Shown piece after piece: positions 34,536-44,329 of a stretch of DNA of 64,000 nucleotides; within the stretch, counting starts at the first letter, position 1, and every line of letters starts with the position of its first letter. Below the pieces are notes generated by a model. The model did not search any database. It was given only the letters and a program-made list of their open reading frames with translations, and was not told the DNA's origin. A program made the translations under genes and the position numbers. The DNA lies in assembly GCA_963721455.1 (NCBI GenBank), contig CAVRJG010000008.1:34749-98748 (forward strand), given 5' to 3'. The stretch comes from an uncultured Methanosarcinaceae archaeon. GTDB lineage: Archaea; Halobacteriota; Methanosarcinia; Methanosarcinales; Methanosarcinaceae.

Positions 34536-35492
34536 TCAAGCCTCCGTCCCCGTCTTTCCAGCATTGGATATAATCGCTCCCATCAGGAACATGAGCAGCA
34601 CCATAAAGAGTGCCAGGCAGGCAATCATCGTCAGGGCACGCCTGAACTTAGCATCACCCGGAAAAGTGTCTCTATCCAGAGCGGACAGGGTGAAGGACAG
34701 AGCGAAAGTGATTATGGGTAAAAAGACGAAGATATGCTCTTTTGCCTCCATTACAATCTCATGTACCCAGGGATGCGGGCCTGTCAGGATTACGGGTTTT
34801 ACCTGAGAGCCATAGACCGTCAAATAGTTGTAGCCTCCTGCCATCCAGCACCCTGCGGTTACAAAGAATGCTGCCAGATAGCTTGCCACCCTGACCCTGG
34901 CTAGTGACCTGTCTATCGGATACCGGACCTCCAGAATGATCCAGACCAGAACAAGGGCAGCCAGGCCTCCGGATATCGAATGCAGAAGGACCAGGCTTTT
35001 TGTCCCGGCAATTACACCATTATACAGTCCCCAGCTGGCGTCGATGACCAGGATTGGTGCCAGGGCATATCCCATTATTTTGTGCAATCCCCTGTACCTT
35101 GCTCGGTTCTTTAAAATCAGGCTTGGAAGAACCTGAAGAGCCACAATGAAAAGTATAACCAGCCCCAGCTTTCCGTGAACAGACAATAGTATTGATTCTC
35201 CGTGCTGCAACTTTATCCACAAACCATAGATGAACGATCCTAGGATAAAGGTCCCAAAGTAAATGCCGCTCCTTTTATGAAGCTTAAATACGTTTCCTGA
35301 GCTTCTCTTTATTCTTCCCTTGAGCCTAGCTCCGGTTGTGAGGGCATAAACCACCAGCAATAGACTGATAATAGCTATCAGGGCATGGCCTATCCAGTTC
35401 TCGTACGCCAGGGCAATGCCGCCAATAATCAAAAGTAAAGCTAGACCTGTGTATAGATCCGATATCGTTCTTCTGTTTGATTTCTCAGAAAT
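34536..35492 (-). CDS. Multi-pass His-containing membrane protein (cytochrome b561-like His spacing); start uncertain
   Basis: About 8 TM segments with His residues (WIGHA, KLHKR, SVHGKLG, GLHK, LLHS, KEHIF); frame open to ATT 35492. Confidence 0.7.
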   Translation of the reverse strand: MSEKSNRRTISDLYTGLALLLIIGGIALAYENWIGHALIAIISLLLVVYALTTGARLKGRIKRSSGNVFKLHKRSGIYFGTFILGSFIYGLWIKLQHGESILLSVHGKLGLVILFIVALQVLPSLILKNRARYRGLHKIMGYALAPILVIDASWGLYNGVIAGTKSLVLLHSISGGLAALVLVWIILEVRYPIDRSLARVRVASYLAAFFVTAGCWMAGGYNYLTVYGSQVKPVILTGPHPWVHEIVMEAKEHIFVFLPIITFALSFTLSALDRDTFPGDAKFRRALTMIACLALFMVLLMFLMGAIISNAGKTGTEA

Positions 35493-35878
35493 TTAAACCC
35501 CCCCAAAACGCTCCTTTCTAAAAACCTCTCAAATATTCCAGTTAGCGTAACTGGACCTGGCTTTTGCCCCTAAAACCAGATCGAAGCCAGTTGAAGACGT
35601 AGCTAGTCAGAAGAACTTTCTCGATAAATGAGGTATCTCTTTAAGAGATTTTCAATTTAACTGTCTCAACGGGACCACGTCTTTTCGGACATCGATGTTA
35701 ATATTATTCACGGATATTAATATAATTATATCGTTCCAAAAAATTCTTGCTCAAAGAGCTCTGATAATTTATCCCCTCAGAGATTTATCATAATTTATCC
35801 AACATTCCACAACAAATATCACGGATATTACAAAAAAATCAATATACCATTCACATTTATGCCATAATGCAGTAAAAT

Positions 35879-36610
35879 ATGGTTGTGTATGAGGAAATTA
35901 TCTATATAGCCCTGCTTACACTGCTGGCAAGCACAATCGGAACCCTGGCCGGATTTGGAATATCCACAATCATGGTACCCGTTCTCCTGATTATCTTTCC
36001 TCTGCCTCAGACCCTGCTCCTGGTGGGCGTAATTCACTGGTTTAATGATGTCTGGAAAATAATCTTATTTCGGGAGGGAATAAGATGGAAGCTTTTCCTT
36101 GCCTTCGGTCTTCCGGGAATCCTTACCAGTTTCATAGGATCGTCCTTATCCCTGAGAATCTCGCGGGAGATTCTCTCAAGAGCTTTAGGAGTATTCCTTA
36201 TAGCCTATGTTCTCTTCATCGTCTTTAACCGAACCTTCAAACTGAGCCAGAAATTATCGGTGGCAGTATCCGGTGGAGCCCTTACCGGATTTTTTGCAGG
36301 CATCTTCGGCATAGGCGGGGAAATAAATGCTGTAGCCTTAAGCGCTTTCAACCTGAAGAAGGCCGTTTATGTTGCAACTGCAGGTGCCATATCTTTCATG
36401 ATCGACTCTACCAGGATAGCGACCTATATCAGAGGAGGCATTGGGCTTGAGCCTACCATTCTAGCAGGCTTTTTGATCTTCATACCCTTATCTTTAATCG
36501 GGGCAATGATTGGGAAAAGAGGAATTGAAAAAATACCCCAGGAAAAATTCAGGAACTTTGTGGCAGTTTTCATATTTTTATTTGGCCTTAAGCTGGTGCT
36601 GCGCCCTTAG
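35879..36610 (+). CDS. TauE/SafE (TSUP) family exporter
   Basis: GTLAGFG...P and G...GFFAGIFGIGG duplicated motif; about 8 TM segments. Confidence 0.88.
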   Translation: MVVYEEIIYIALLTLLASTIGTLAGFGISTIMVPVLLIIFPLPQTLLLVGVIHWFNDVWKIILFREGIRWKLFLAFGLPGILTSFIGSSLSLRISREILSRALGVFLIAYVLFIVFNRTFKLSQKLSVAVSGGALTGFFAGIFGIGGEINAVALSAFNLKKAVYVATAGAISFMIDSTRIATYIRGGIGLEPTILAGFLIFIPLSLIGAMIGKRGIEKIPQEKFRNFVAVFIFLFGLKLVLRP

Positions 36611-36893
36611 CTTGATGGCAGCCTTGCTTCTGTGGATGCAGGCGTCAGGTTGTACTGCAGGAGGCACAAGACAGAGTTCTGGAGGCCAGCAGTAAAACAA
36701 AATAAACGCGCAGAGTTCGAAAGATCAGCGATAAAGCACGAGCAAAAGAAAGATTCTCCTGCTACCTGGTGGTCTGGGTATTATTTTCAGATAAAATTTA
36801 AAAACGAAACAAAAAAACCATTGGGAGACAAGCTCCCACCAATTTCAATGCTAGTTTCAATTATAGATCGTCCTATCAGGCTTGACAGAGTTA

Positions 36894-37684
36894 TTAATAC
36901 CCTTCCGACCCAGGGCCTGCTGTTTTATTCGTTATCCCCATGGTCATGTTTTCTGTCATATTTTCTCCTACAATGCATTCATAGGCCCGCATCATCTGGT
37001 CCATCATCTCCAGCTGAGACTGGTTGGTTGCAGTGCTGGGGTCCTTGAGGTGAATCTTGTGCAGCTCTATAGCCTGCTCCAGCCAGAACTGGGCGCAGTC
37101 AAGCTTCGCCTGGGCTGCGCTGGCATTTTTATCCATCCCCATTATGCAGCAACTTCCTTTCATCGGGTGATTTCCCATCATCATACAGTGCATCATGGTC
37201 TCGTTAGCTGCGTGATCTCCCATCATAGAGTCATTTCCCATCATACCGCGATGCCCCATCATACCGCGATGCCCCATCATACCGCGCATACAGTGCATCA
37301 TGGTTTCGTTCATCGAGTCATTGCCCATCATACAGGGCATACGGCATCATGGTTTCGTTCATCGAGTAATTGCCCATCATACAGGGCATCATGGTTTCGT
37401 TCATCGAGTAATTGCCCATCATACAGGGCATCATGGTTTCGTTCATCGAGTAATTTCCCATCATACAGTGAGTGCATCATCGTCTCATTAGCCTGATGAT
37501 CTCCCATATTAGATTGCATCATCGTACATGTTTGATTGTCAGGACAAACAATCATCATGCTTCGTTGGCCCGTCATATTCCCCTGACCCATCATATGTCC
37601 GGCAATGGGTTCTGCCAGTGCGATTACTATTACTGCTATCAATGCCAGTAGCAATGCTGGCTTTAGTGTTCCGGATTTGATCAC
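36894..37684 (-). pseudogene. Secreted Met/His/Cys-rich repeat protein split by frameshifts (real or assembly artefact)
   Basis: The signal-peptide ORF 37328-37684 and the Met-rich ORF 36894-37340 join if a 4-bp duplication (~37467-37474) and a 7-bp insertion (~37338-37344) are removed. Confidence 0.7.
37236..37470 (-). repeat. 42-bp (PCMMGNYSMNETMM) and 18-bp (MMGHRG) coding tandem repeats
   Basis: CATCATGGTTTCGTTCATCGAGTAATTGCCCATCATACAGGG about 4 times; GCCCCATCATACCGCGAT about 3 times. Confidence 0.9.
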
Positions 37685-37939
37685 TTTATTCTCCCCCGTT
37701 ATGTACCGAATTTAATAAGCTTAAATAACCGGTGCATATTTATCTGCTTGATTAACATAAAAGTCTTATTATAATAGCAGCCGCTATGAAATTTATTTTC
37801 ACAACTCGAGATTTAATTAAAAAAGCTATTAAAGCTAATGAGCCGATGCAGTCAAAACAGGGAAGTGAGGGTCAGGAATGGAAAAAGCAATTTCCGAAGA
37901 AAAACTTAGAAAGACCCCCTTTCAGCAGGTCGAACCTTG

Positions 37940-38206
37940 TTATACTATGCGCTTTTTGATCTCTTCAAATTCTTCTTCAGTAATTTCACCTTTTGCATAC
38001 CTTACCTTTGCAATCTCTAGTGCAGACTTCTCTTCACTACCACGGGTTTTGTTCTGCTCAGCAAGCCATTTGATTAACAGATAAACTACCACAATTATAA
38101 GAATCCAGAACAGGAGTCCGAAAAACATACCTCCGTACCCCATCATGCCGTAACCGTAATTGTCCATAAACCCATCTATTGTAACCACTCCCCTAATCGC
38201 AATCAT
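37940..38206 (-). CDS. SHOCT-domain membrane protein
   Basis: GMMGYGG, one TM helix, then ALEIAKVRYAKGEITEEEFE. Confidence 0.88.
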   Translation of the reverse strand: MIAIRGVVTIDGFMDNYGYGMMGYGGMFFGLLFWILIIVVVYLLIKWLAEQNKTRGSEEKSALEIAKVRYAKGEITEEEFEEIKKRIV

Positions 38207-38422
38207 AATTTTGAACGTAAATATTTACACCTAAGTCATTCGAGGTGTAACCACTGGAAAATTTCTGTGCCCGTACTTCCTTTCTTCAGGACTGTAGAAG
38301 GTTCATATTCGTTTGAGATTAACTAACGGAGTATGCACCTGACTACATCTTTCCTTGATATAAATTCAAAAATTTAGCTTTTGACATATTTTGGAATCGC
38401 GGTACTATCTGAAGAGTGGAAT

Positions 38423-39133
38423 TCAGCTTGTTACGTTCATCCCGCCCACATAGAACCCATGCCATGTATGCACCCATATCTGACCGCTAAAGGCGTTCAC
38501 GCTCAGCATGCCCTCGATATCCTTCCGTCCGAAGTCGAAGGTGTAGTAGCCAGACATTTCATTAGACTCTATGATCTGCGCTCCAGGTAGATAGCCTGTT
38601 AAGAAATCTTCTGCCAATTTTTTCGCCCCGGCCAGGTCGTAATCCGCACCCTCTGCCTTCATTCTTCCAGCGCCAGAACGTGTGTTCCACATCATATTTG
38701 GTCCTGGCTCGGGATAAGCCGACCCGGAATAGCGGTCCACCAGCACTTCGGCTATGTTCTGGCCACTGTCTGTATCCTTCAGAACAGCATAGTAATTGCT
38801 GCTGAAAGCCATGAAATCATCCACTTCCACATTCGATCCGTACTGTTTGGCAAAGTCCTCCATTTTCTGCCTGGCTTCTTCTTGAGTTACAGGCGTAGCC
38901 CCCGAATAGTACAGAGCCATCATATCACCCATCATCATATTGCCCATCATTCCTTGTCCGGAGCTGTAGTTATAGCCTGGATTGTGCATCATGCCTGGTC
39001 CCATCTGCCCAGGCTGGTAGCCACCTGGGCTGTAGGTTGAACCATACATCATTGGCCTCAAGGTCAGGAAAGCGAGAAGTATTATTACTACCACTACCAA
39101 TAGGCTGATGATGATGTTTCTGTTATCTGCCAT
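38423..39133 (-). CDS. Membrane-anchored Met/Gly-rich protein with PepSY-like repeats
   Basis: TM anchor, GMMGNMMMGDMM, EVLVDRYSG and LSVNAFSGQIWVHTWHG. Confidence 0.8.
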   Translation of the reverse strand: MADNRNIIISLLVVVVIILLAFLTLRPMMYGSTYSPGGYQPGQMGPGMMHNPGYNYSSGQGMMGNMMMGDMMALYYSGATPVTQEEARQKMEDFAKQYGSNVEVDDFMAFSSNYYAVLKDTDSGQNIAEVLVDRYSGSAYPEPGPNMMWNTRSGAGRMKAEGADYDLAGAKKLAEDFLTGYLPGAQIIESNEMSGYYTFDFGRKDIEGMLSVNAFSGQIWVHTWHGFYVGGMNVTS

Positions 39134-39282
39134 AATCACCTCAAATTAAACTCTTAATGCCACCTGTTTTTGAAAAGCCTTTTCAGTACTCTTGAATTCT
39201 TTTTATATAGCAGAGAATTTAAACTTGTCAATAAACTTGTCAAGGATTACCTTTAGATCAGTTGCATAAAGGAAAAGCCGAA

Positions 39283-39510
39283 TCATACGGGCTCGTACCC
39301 TGCTTCCCGGACAGCAGCTTTTATTTTTTCCAGGTCTGTCTTGGCCTCCTCGAACTTTACAACTGCTTCTTTTCTCTTCAGATTCACATCCACCTCCGTT
39401 ACTCCCGACACGGAAGCAATAGCTCTACCTACCCTGATGACACAGTGATCACACGTCATTCCTTCAATTTTCAAGGTTTCCTCTACCAAGAAACTAACCC
39501 CCCAATTCAT
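39283..39510 (-). CDS. copZ: Copper chaperone CopZ paralog
   Basis: GMTCDHC and EAGYEPV end; true start probably the TTG after GGGGG. Confidence 0.88.
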   Translation of the reverse strand: MNWGVSFLVEETLKIEGMTCDHCVIRVGRAIASVSGVTEVDVNLKRKEAVVKFEEAKTDLEKIKAAVREAGYEPV

Positions 39511-39608
39511 GAATCCTGAATTTTTAATTTTTAAATTTATTTTACCTATTTTATTACATTATTTTATATTTTCATTTATTAGAGCTTTTTTACCAATGAA
39601 AGGTCATC

Positions 39609-41264
39609 TCAGTTACCTCGAATTACAGCAAGAAGAGCTATCAGGATAGCTCCTCCAAACCCAATCAATCCAACCCAGGAAAAAGCATCTCCATTTAACA
39701 GGATATAAGTCGAGACAATAAGCAGGACAGCAAGGTAAAACTCCTTTGAGAAAGCACTTCCCTTGCGTTCTTTTTGTTTCACGGAAAGGAACTTATCCCC
39801 CATTCCTTCCATTTTTTCGGCAACTTCTCTGATCGCAGCCCTTAATTCGGCTTTTTCGTCTACCGGCTCAGAAGTAAATTCGATATGAAGAGCTGCCCCT
39901 TTTGGAGCATTAAGCTTTTTATAGGCATCCATCAGCACAGGGATAGCAATAGTTTTAATATTGTATCTCGGGTCCAGTTCCAGGCAGACTCCCTCAATGA
40001 GCAGGATCGCCCTCTGCAGGGTTGAAAACTCTCCGGGCAGCCGGATATCATATTTCAGGCCGAGTTTGGCGTAATTGTCACTTTGCCTGCCTTCAAGCCC
40101 GTAGTTCTGGTTTGCGATCAGGTCATCCATATCTTTCCTGAGCCTGCGGATATCCACGTCTCTTGCATCCGCACCTCCTATTCTCAAAAAGCCCTGAGTT
40201 GCCCCTTCAACATCCCTGTTATTGATAGCGTAATAAAACTCCAGCATATTCCTTTTTAGCTCGTCGTCGATACTGCCGACAGCCCCGAAGTCGATATAGG
40301 CAATGGTATCGTCTTCCTGGACAATCATATTGCCCCCGTGAGGGTCTGCGTGGTAAAAGCCATCGATATAGACCTGCTTAAGGTAACTCTTGGTGATGGT
40401 ACGCGTATACTCCGATTTCTTGCTTTGCGGCACAGGCATGTCAATAATGTCCTTGATCTGGGTTCCCTGGATGAACTCCATTGTAAGGACATTGACAGAA
40501 CAGTAGTCAGAATAGATATCAGGCACTGCAACATTTTTCACATTCTTGAAATTGTCCTCAAAACGCCGCATATTAACAGCTTCGGTCCTGAGGTCAACCT
40601 CCCGGGTAAGCATCTCCCGGATCTCCAGTAAAAAAGCATCAATGTCAAAGTTACTTCCTAAACCGAGAACCCTTTTCATAACAGGTTTGAAATCGTCCAG
40701 GATAGAAAGATCAATATTTATAATGTCAATGAGATTTGGGCGAAGAATTTTTACTGCTACCGGCTTGCCTTCAATGACTCCCTTATAGACCTGCGCGATT
40801 GAGCCGCAAGCAATGGGATCCGGATCGAAGCTGTCAAAAATCTCAATGAAGGCTTTTGCTTTTCTCTCCCTTGCAGCTTTCAGTTCTTCTTCACTTTTTT
40901 TCCGGGAACGCTCTGCACGCGTCTGGTATTCGCAAACGCAGGCAAGGTCGAGGGATTCAGCCATTTCTTCAAAAGGCACTGGCTTAACCTTATCCTGAAG
41001 GTTTGCCATTTCAATAACGTAAGGCTGGGGAACAAGGTCAGGCCGCTTGCTCATGGTCTGTCCCATTTTGATGAAGGTCGGCCCAAGCTCTTCGAAAGCC
41101 TGCCTGAGTTTTACAGCCGTCTGCCTGTTCTCGACATCAAAAGCACAGGTACAATCAGGATTTGAAATATAATCGGTTCGCAGGTCCCGGTAGAGTTCCG
41201 GAATAAGGTTGTACTTTAAAAGGACCCTCGTAACCTCAAGGTAGCGCTTTGTTTTCCCAAGCAT
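39609..41264 (-). CDS. ABC1/UbiB (AarF) family atypical kinase
   Basis: LGPTFIKMGQ, ACGSIAQVY, VAVK, HADPHGGN and IDFG. Confidence 0.92.
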   Translation of the reverse strand: MLGKTKRYLEVTRVLLKYNLIPELYRDLRTDYISNPDCTCAFDVENRQTAVKLRQAFEELGPTFIKMGQTMSKRPDLVPQPYVIEMANLQDKVKPVPFEEMAESLDLACVCEYQTRAERSRKKSEEELKAARERKAKAFIEIFDSFDPDPIACGSIAQVYKGVIEGKPVAVKILRPNLIDIINIDLSILDDFKPVMKRVLGLGSNFDIDAFLLEIREMLTREVDLRTEAVNMRRFEDNFKNVKNVAVPDIYSDYCSVNVLTMEFIQGTQIKDIIDMPVPQSKKSEYTRTITKSYLKQVYIDGFYHADPHGGNMIVQEDDTIAYIDFGAVGSIDDELKRNMLEFYYAINNRDVEGATQGFLRIGGADARDVDIRRLRKDMDDLIANQNYGLEGRQSDNYAKLGLKYDIRLPGEFSTLQRAILLIEGVCLELDPRYNIKTIAIPVLMDAYKKLNAPKGAALHIEFTSEPVDEKAELRAAIREVAEKMEGMGDKFLSVKQKERKGSAFSKEFYLAVLLIVSTYILLNGDAFSWVGLIGFGGAILIALLAVIRGN

Positions 41265-41425
41265 CCGCAAATAACAAAGACCTGTTAATTTATATAGCTA
41301 TTTTATGCCGTTTTGTATTTAAGCGAAAACTTGTGAGCTCCAGTGAAAAATTACTCCACGAGATTTAAGGAGTTAAAAATAATTCCAGAAATCAGTTATT
41401 TGAAATTGATATTGCCTCGAACTTT

Positions 41426-43229
41426 TCAAGTTCCTGTGCCAAACTGCTTGGGAGTTCGCTCATCTTCATACTTCTTACCTTCAATTTTGTTGTCCAAAGC
41501 TTCAAGGAACAAATCAAAATACTTTTCATCATTTTGCCCTTTCAACAATGGTATAAACTTCATTAATCCTGCTTGATCCATTTTTTGCATGCGGAATATC
41601 AAGTGATAGCAATTTCGGACGTAAATTTTAGGATTAAACTCTGCGGTTTCAAGAGATTTAAGGTAATATTCGTATTTATCTTCCTTTTTGGTTGCAATAT
41701 CTCCAAGTAACAGATATGTTTTCCTGAGCAATTCGTAATTTTTACTTTTCTGGGCATCAAATGCAACTGATTTTGCTCTAATTTCAGCTTCAAAAAGGTT
41801 TTCGTTCTCGTAAAGGGCTTTTGCATATTCTAAAGTTGTTTTTTGCAATTCAAAGGAAGCACCCAGTTTTCGAAGAATCTCAAAGGATTTCTGGAAATAT
41901 TTTTCGGATTTATCCATATCTCCTTTTTTAGATTCAACTATTCCAAGCCCTCTTGTCGCTGTTGCTTCCTGAAGAGGGATTTCCAGACTCTTTGCGAGTT
42001 CAAAAGCTTTTTGATAGTTCTCTTCCGCTAATTCGAGGTTCTTTATTCCTTCCTTTTCTTCAGCGATATATTTACTTATATATACATCTCCAAATTTCTC
42101 TAAAATATCTATCTCCTGAGGCTTCGATCCAACATCTTTAACAATACTCATCGATTTTTCAAGAATATTCACAGCATCATTGTATTTGTCTTCAAGTCTC
42201 GATAGCTCCCCTAAATTGTTAAGTATAGAAACCGTTGATATAGGGGCAAGTTTTTCTGCTATTTCGAGTGAATTTTCAAGATACTCTTTTGAACTCTCCC
42301 AGTTACCACTTTTGAGGTTGAGTTCCCCAAGATTGCTAAAAGTAATTGAAATTCCTTGCTTATCTCCAAGTTCTTCTTTTATTTCCAGGCTTTTTTCGTA
42401 AAATTCCAGTGCTTTATCCCATTCCCCTTTATCCGTATACAAAGACCCGAGGTTATTATAAGAACTTGAAATTCCTTTCTTATCTCCAAGTTCTTGATCA
42501 ATTTCCAGGCTTTTTTCGTAAAATTCCAGTGCTTTATCCCATTCCCCTTTATTCTGATACAAAGACCCGAGGTTATTGTAAGAACTTGAAATTCCTTGCT
42601 TATCTCCAAGTTCTTCTTTATTTCCAGGCTTTTTTCGTAAAATTCCAGTGCTTTATCCCATTCCCCTTTATCCTTATACAAAAGCCCGAGGTTACCATAA
42701 GAATTTGAAATTCCTTGCTTATCTCCAAGTTCTTTAAATATTTCCAGGCTTTTTTCGTAAAATTCCAGTGCTTTATCCCATTCCCCTTTATTCTGATACA
42801 AAGACCCGAGGTTATTGTAAGAACTTGAAATTCCTTGCTTATCTCCAAGTTCTTCTAATTATTTCCAGGCTTTTTTCGTAAAATTCCAGTGCTTTATCCC
42901 ATTCCCCTTTATCCTTATACAAAAGCCCGAGGTTACCATAAGAACTTGAAATTCCCTTGCTTGTTTCCAAGTTCTTTGAAATATTTCCAGGCTTTTTTCG
43001 TAAAATTCCAGTGCTTTATCCCATTCCCCTTTATTCTGGTACAAAGACCCGAGGTTATTGTAAGAACTTGAAATTCCTTTCTTATCTCCAAGTTTTGAAA
43101 TATTTCCAGGCTTTTTTCGTAAAATTCCAGTGCTTTATTCCATTCCCCTTTCTTATGTAGTTTAATGGCAGTTTCTTGTATGCTATCTGCTTGTTTTAAT
43201 TTCCTAGAATTTACTTTTCGAAATGCCAT
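41426..43229 (-). pseudogene. TPR-repeat protein with about 7 near-identical 40-aa repeats, broken by several 1-bp indels as assembled
   Basis: ORF fragments 42933-43229, 42859-43044, 42379-42801 and 41426-42562 are one repeat protein in shifting frames; its ATG overlaps the upstream TAA. Confidence 0.8.
42347..43151 (-). repeat. ~120-bp tandem repeat array (7 units)
   Basis: ATTTCCAGGCTTTTTTCGTAAAATTCCAGTGCTTTAT occurs 7 times at 119-122 bp spacing. Confidence 0.95.
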
Positions 43230-43714
43230 TAATTCTCACCTTTAAATTCTTTTTTAGCAGGATTCAATTGTTTGAGCCATTCCTTAGAAAAATTATCTTT
43301 TTTTGGCTCTAGATCATCAATCACACTCATTATGTGCTCAATAAAATTAGTAACGTTTCTGGGTACGTTAATGAGATCTTCTATATTTTCAGGAATATTT
43401 GTTTCGCTTTCTCCGTCAGAATAACCGATAACTTCTATGCCTTTTCCCATCGCATACCCAATTTCCCAGTAGTTAATATTATCCAATTCTTCATGTGTAT
43501 TAACCACGTAAAGAGAACTTTTTTTAAAACGATCAAATTTATCTTTTAACTCCTCTATTTCATAATCATTCCTGCATAAGCGCTGTACTATTTTTCTACC
43601 AGAATTACCGATCTGCTGGTCTGACTCAATTATTTTGTTGATTAAGTCTTCTATTTTTTGATCATTTATTAGAATGTCCTCACAAGAAAGAAATAAATGG
43701 TACTTCAGTGTCAT
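43229..43714 (-). CDS. TIR/nucleoside-2-deoxyribosyltransferase-like domain protein
   Basis: YHLFLS first strand, SSLYVVN, and NYWEIGYAMGKGIEVIGY matching the E-x-G-x-A-x-x-x-G-x-x-V catalytic-Glu pattern. Confidence 0.7.
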   Translation of the reverse strand: MTLKYHLFLSCEDILINDQKIEDLINKIIESDQQIGNSGRKIVQRLCRNDYEIEELKDKFDRFKKSSLYVVNTHEELDNINYWEIGYAMGKGIEVIGYSDGESETNIPENIEDLINVPRNVTNFIEHIMSVIDDLEPKKDNFSKEWLKQLNPAKKEFKGEN

Positions 43715-44199
43715 TCCATTTCACCCGGCAGATTCCGCAGTTCTTCAACTTCTCTCTGGCATACAGATAACAGATTATTTGCAGACGCTTTTATCTCTTC
43801 AAAGTCTTCACTTTCAAACAAATCTTCTAAAAATTCCCAGTTGCGTATCTCAAAATATTGAAAATTTACATCAATGACTTTTTTCAATTTCAAAAATTCA
43901 TGTAAATTTTCACCTTCAAGGTATATCATCTCGTGGTTTGAATAAATTTCATCCAGCATTTTTGCATTGGACATAAAGAGTTTTCTGCTTCTAGAATTCC
44001 CCAAACCTTTGTAGTTGGTTATAACTTCAATGATTCCTTTGCACGCTAAAAAAAGAGGATAATAAAGCATCTTCTTTTGTCTTTCCTTTTCGTCTTGTGA
44101 CCTGACATGGCGATCATATGCCACACTGACAATACTAGCTATAATACCAGAAGATACCATTAAAGGAACCCAATCATATCCAATAGTATCTGCCACCAT
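43711..44199 (-). CDS. Hypothetical protein with N-terminal TM helix
   Basis: WVPLMVSSGIIASIVSVAY followed by a helical soluble domain; ATGA overlap with the next gene. Confidence 0.75.
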   Translation of the reverse strand: MVADTIGYDWVPLMVSSGIIASIVSVAYDRHVRSQDEKERQKKMLYYPLFLACKGIIEVITNYKGLGNSRSRKLFMSNAKMLDEIYSNHEMIYLEGENLHEFLKLKKVIDVNFQYFEIRNWEFLEDLFESEDFEEIKASANNLLSVCQREVEELRNLPGEME

Positions 44200-44329
44200 T
44201 TTAACTACTTCTGTCGGGAGATTCCGATTAACTAATCAACGAGAAACTTTCGCAAAAATGAATATACTGCATTAAAAATAAATTAACTTCCAATTTCAAA
44301 AAGTAAAAGTGCTTACTGATTATAAACCT

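Noticed and set aside
36608-37048. Pyrrolysine read-through of the TSUP gene's TAG into the in-frame ORF 36632-37048
   Set aside because: The TSUP protein is already complete; the extension looks non-coding and overlaps an antisense gene.
37236-37470. CRISPR-like array
   Set aside because: Contiguous 42-bp and 18-bp coding repeats with no spacers.
42347-43151. CRISPR array or DGR template/variable repeat
   Set aside because: Units are ~120-bp coding TPR repeats without unique spacers; variation is not adenine-specific; no cas or RT gene is in the window.
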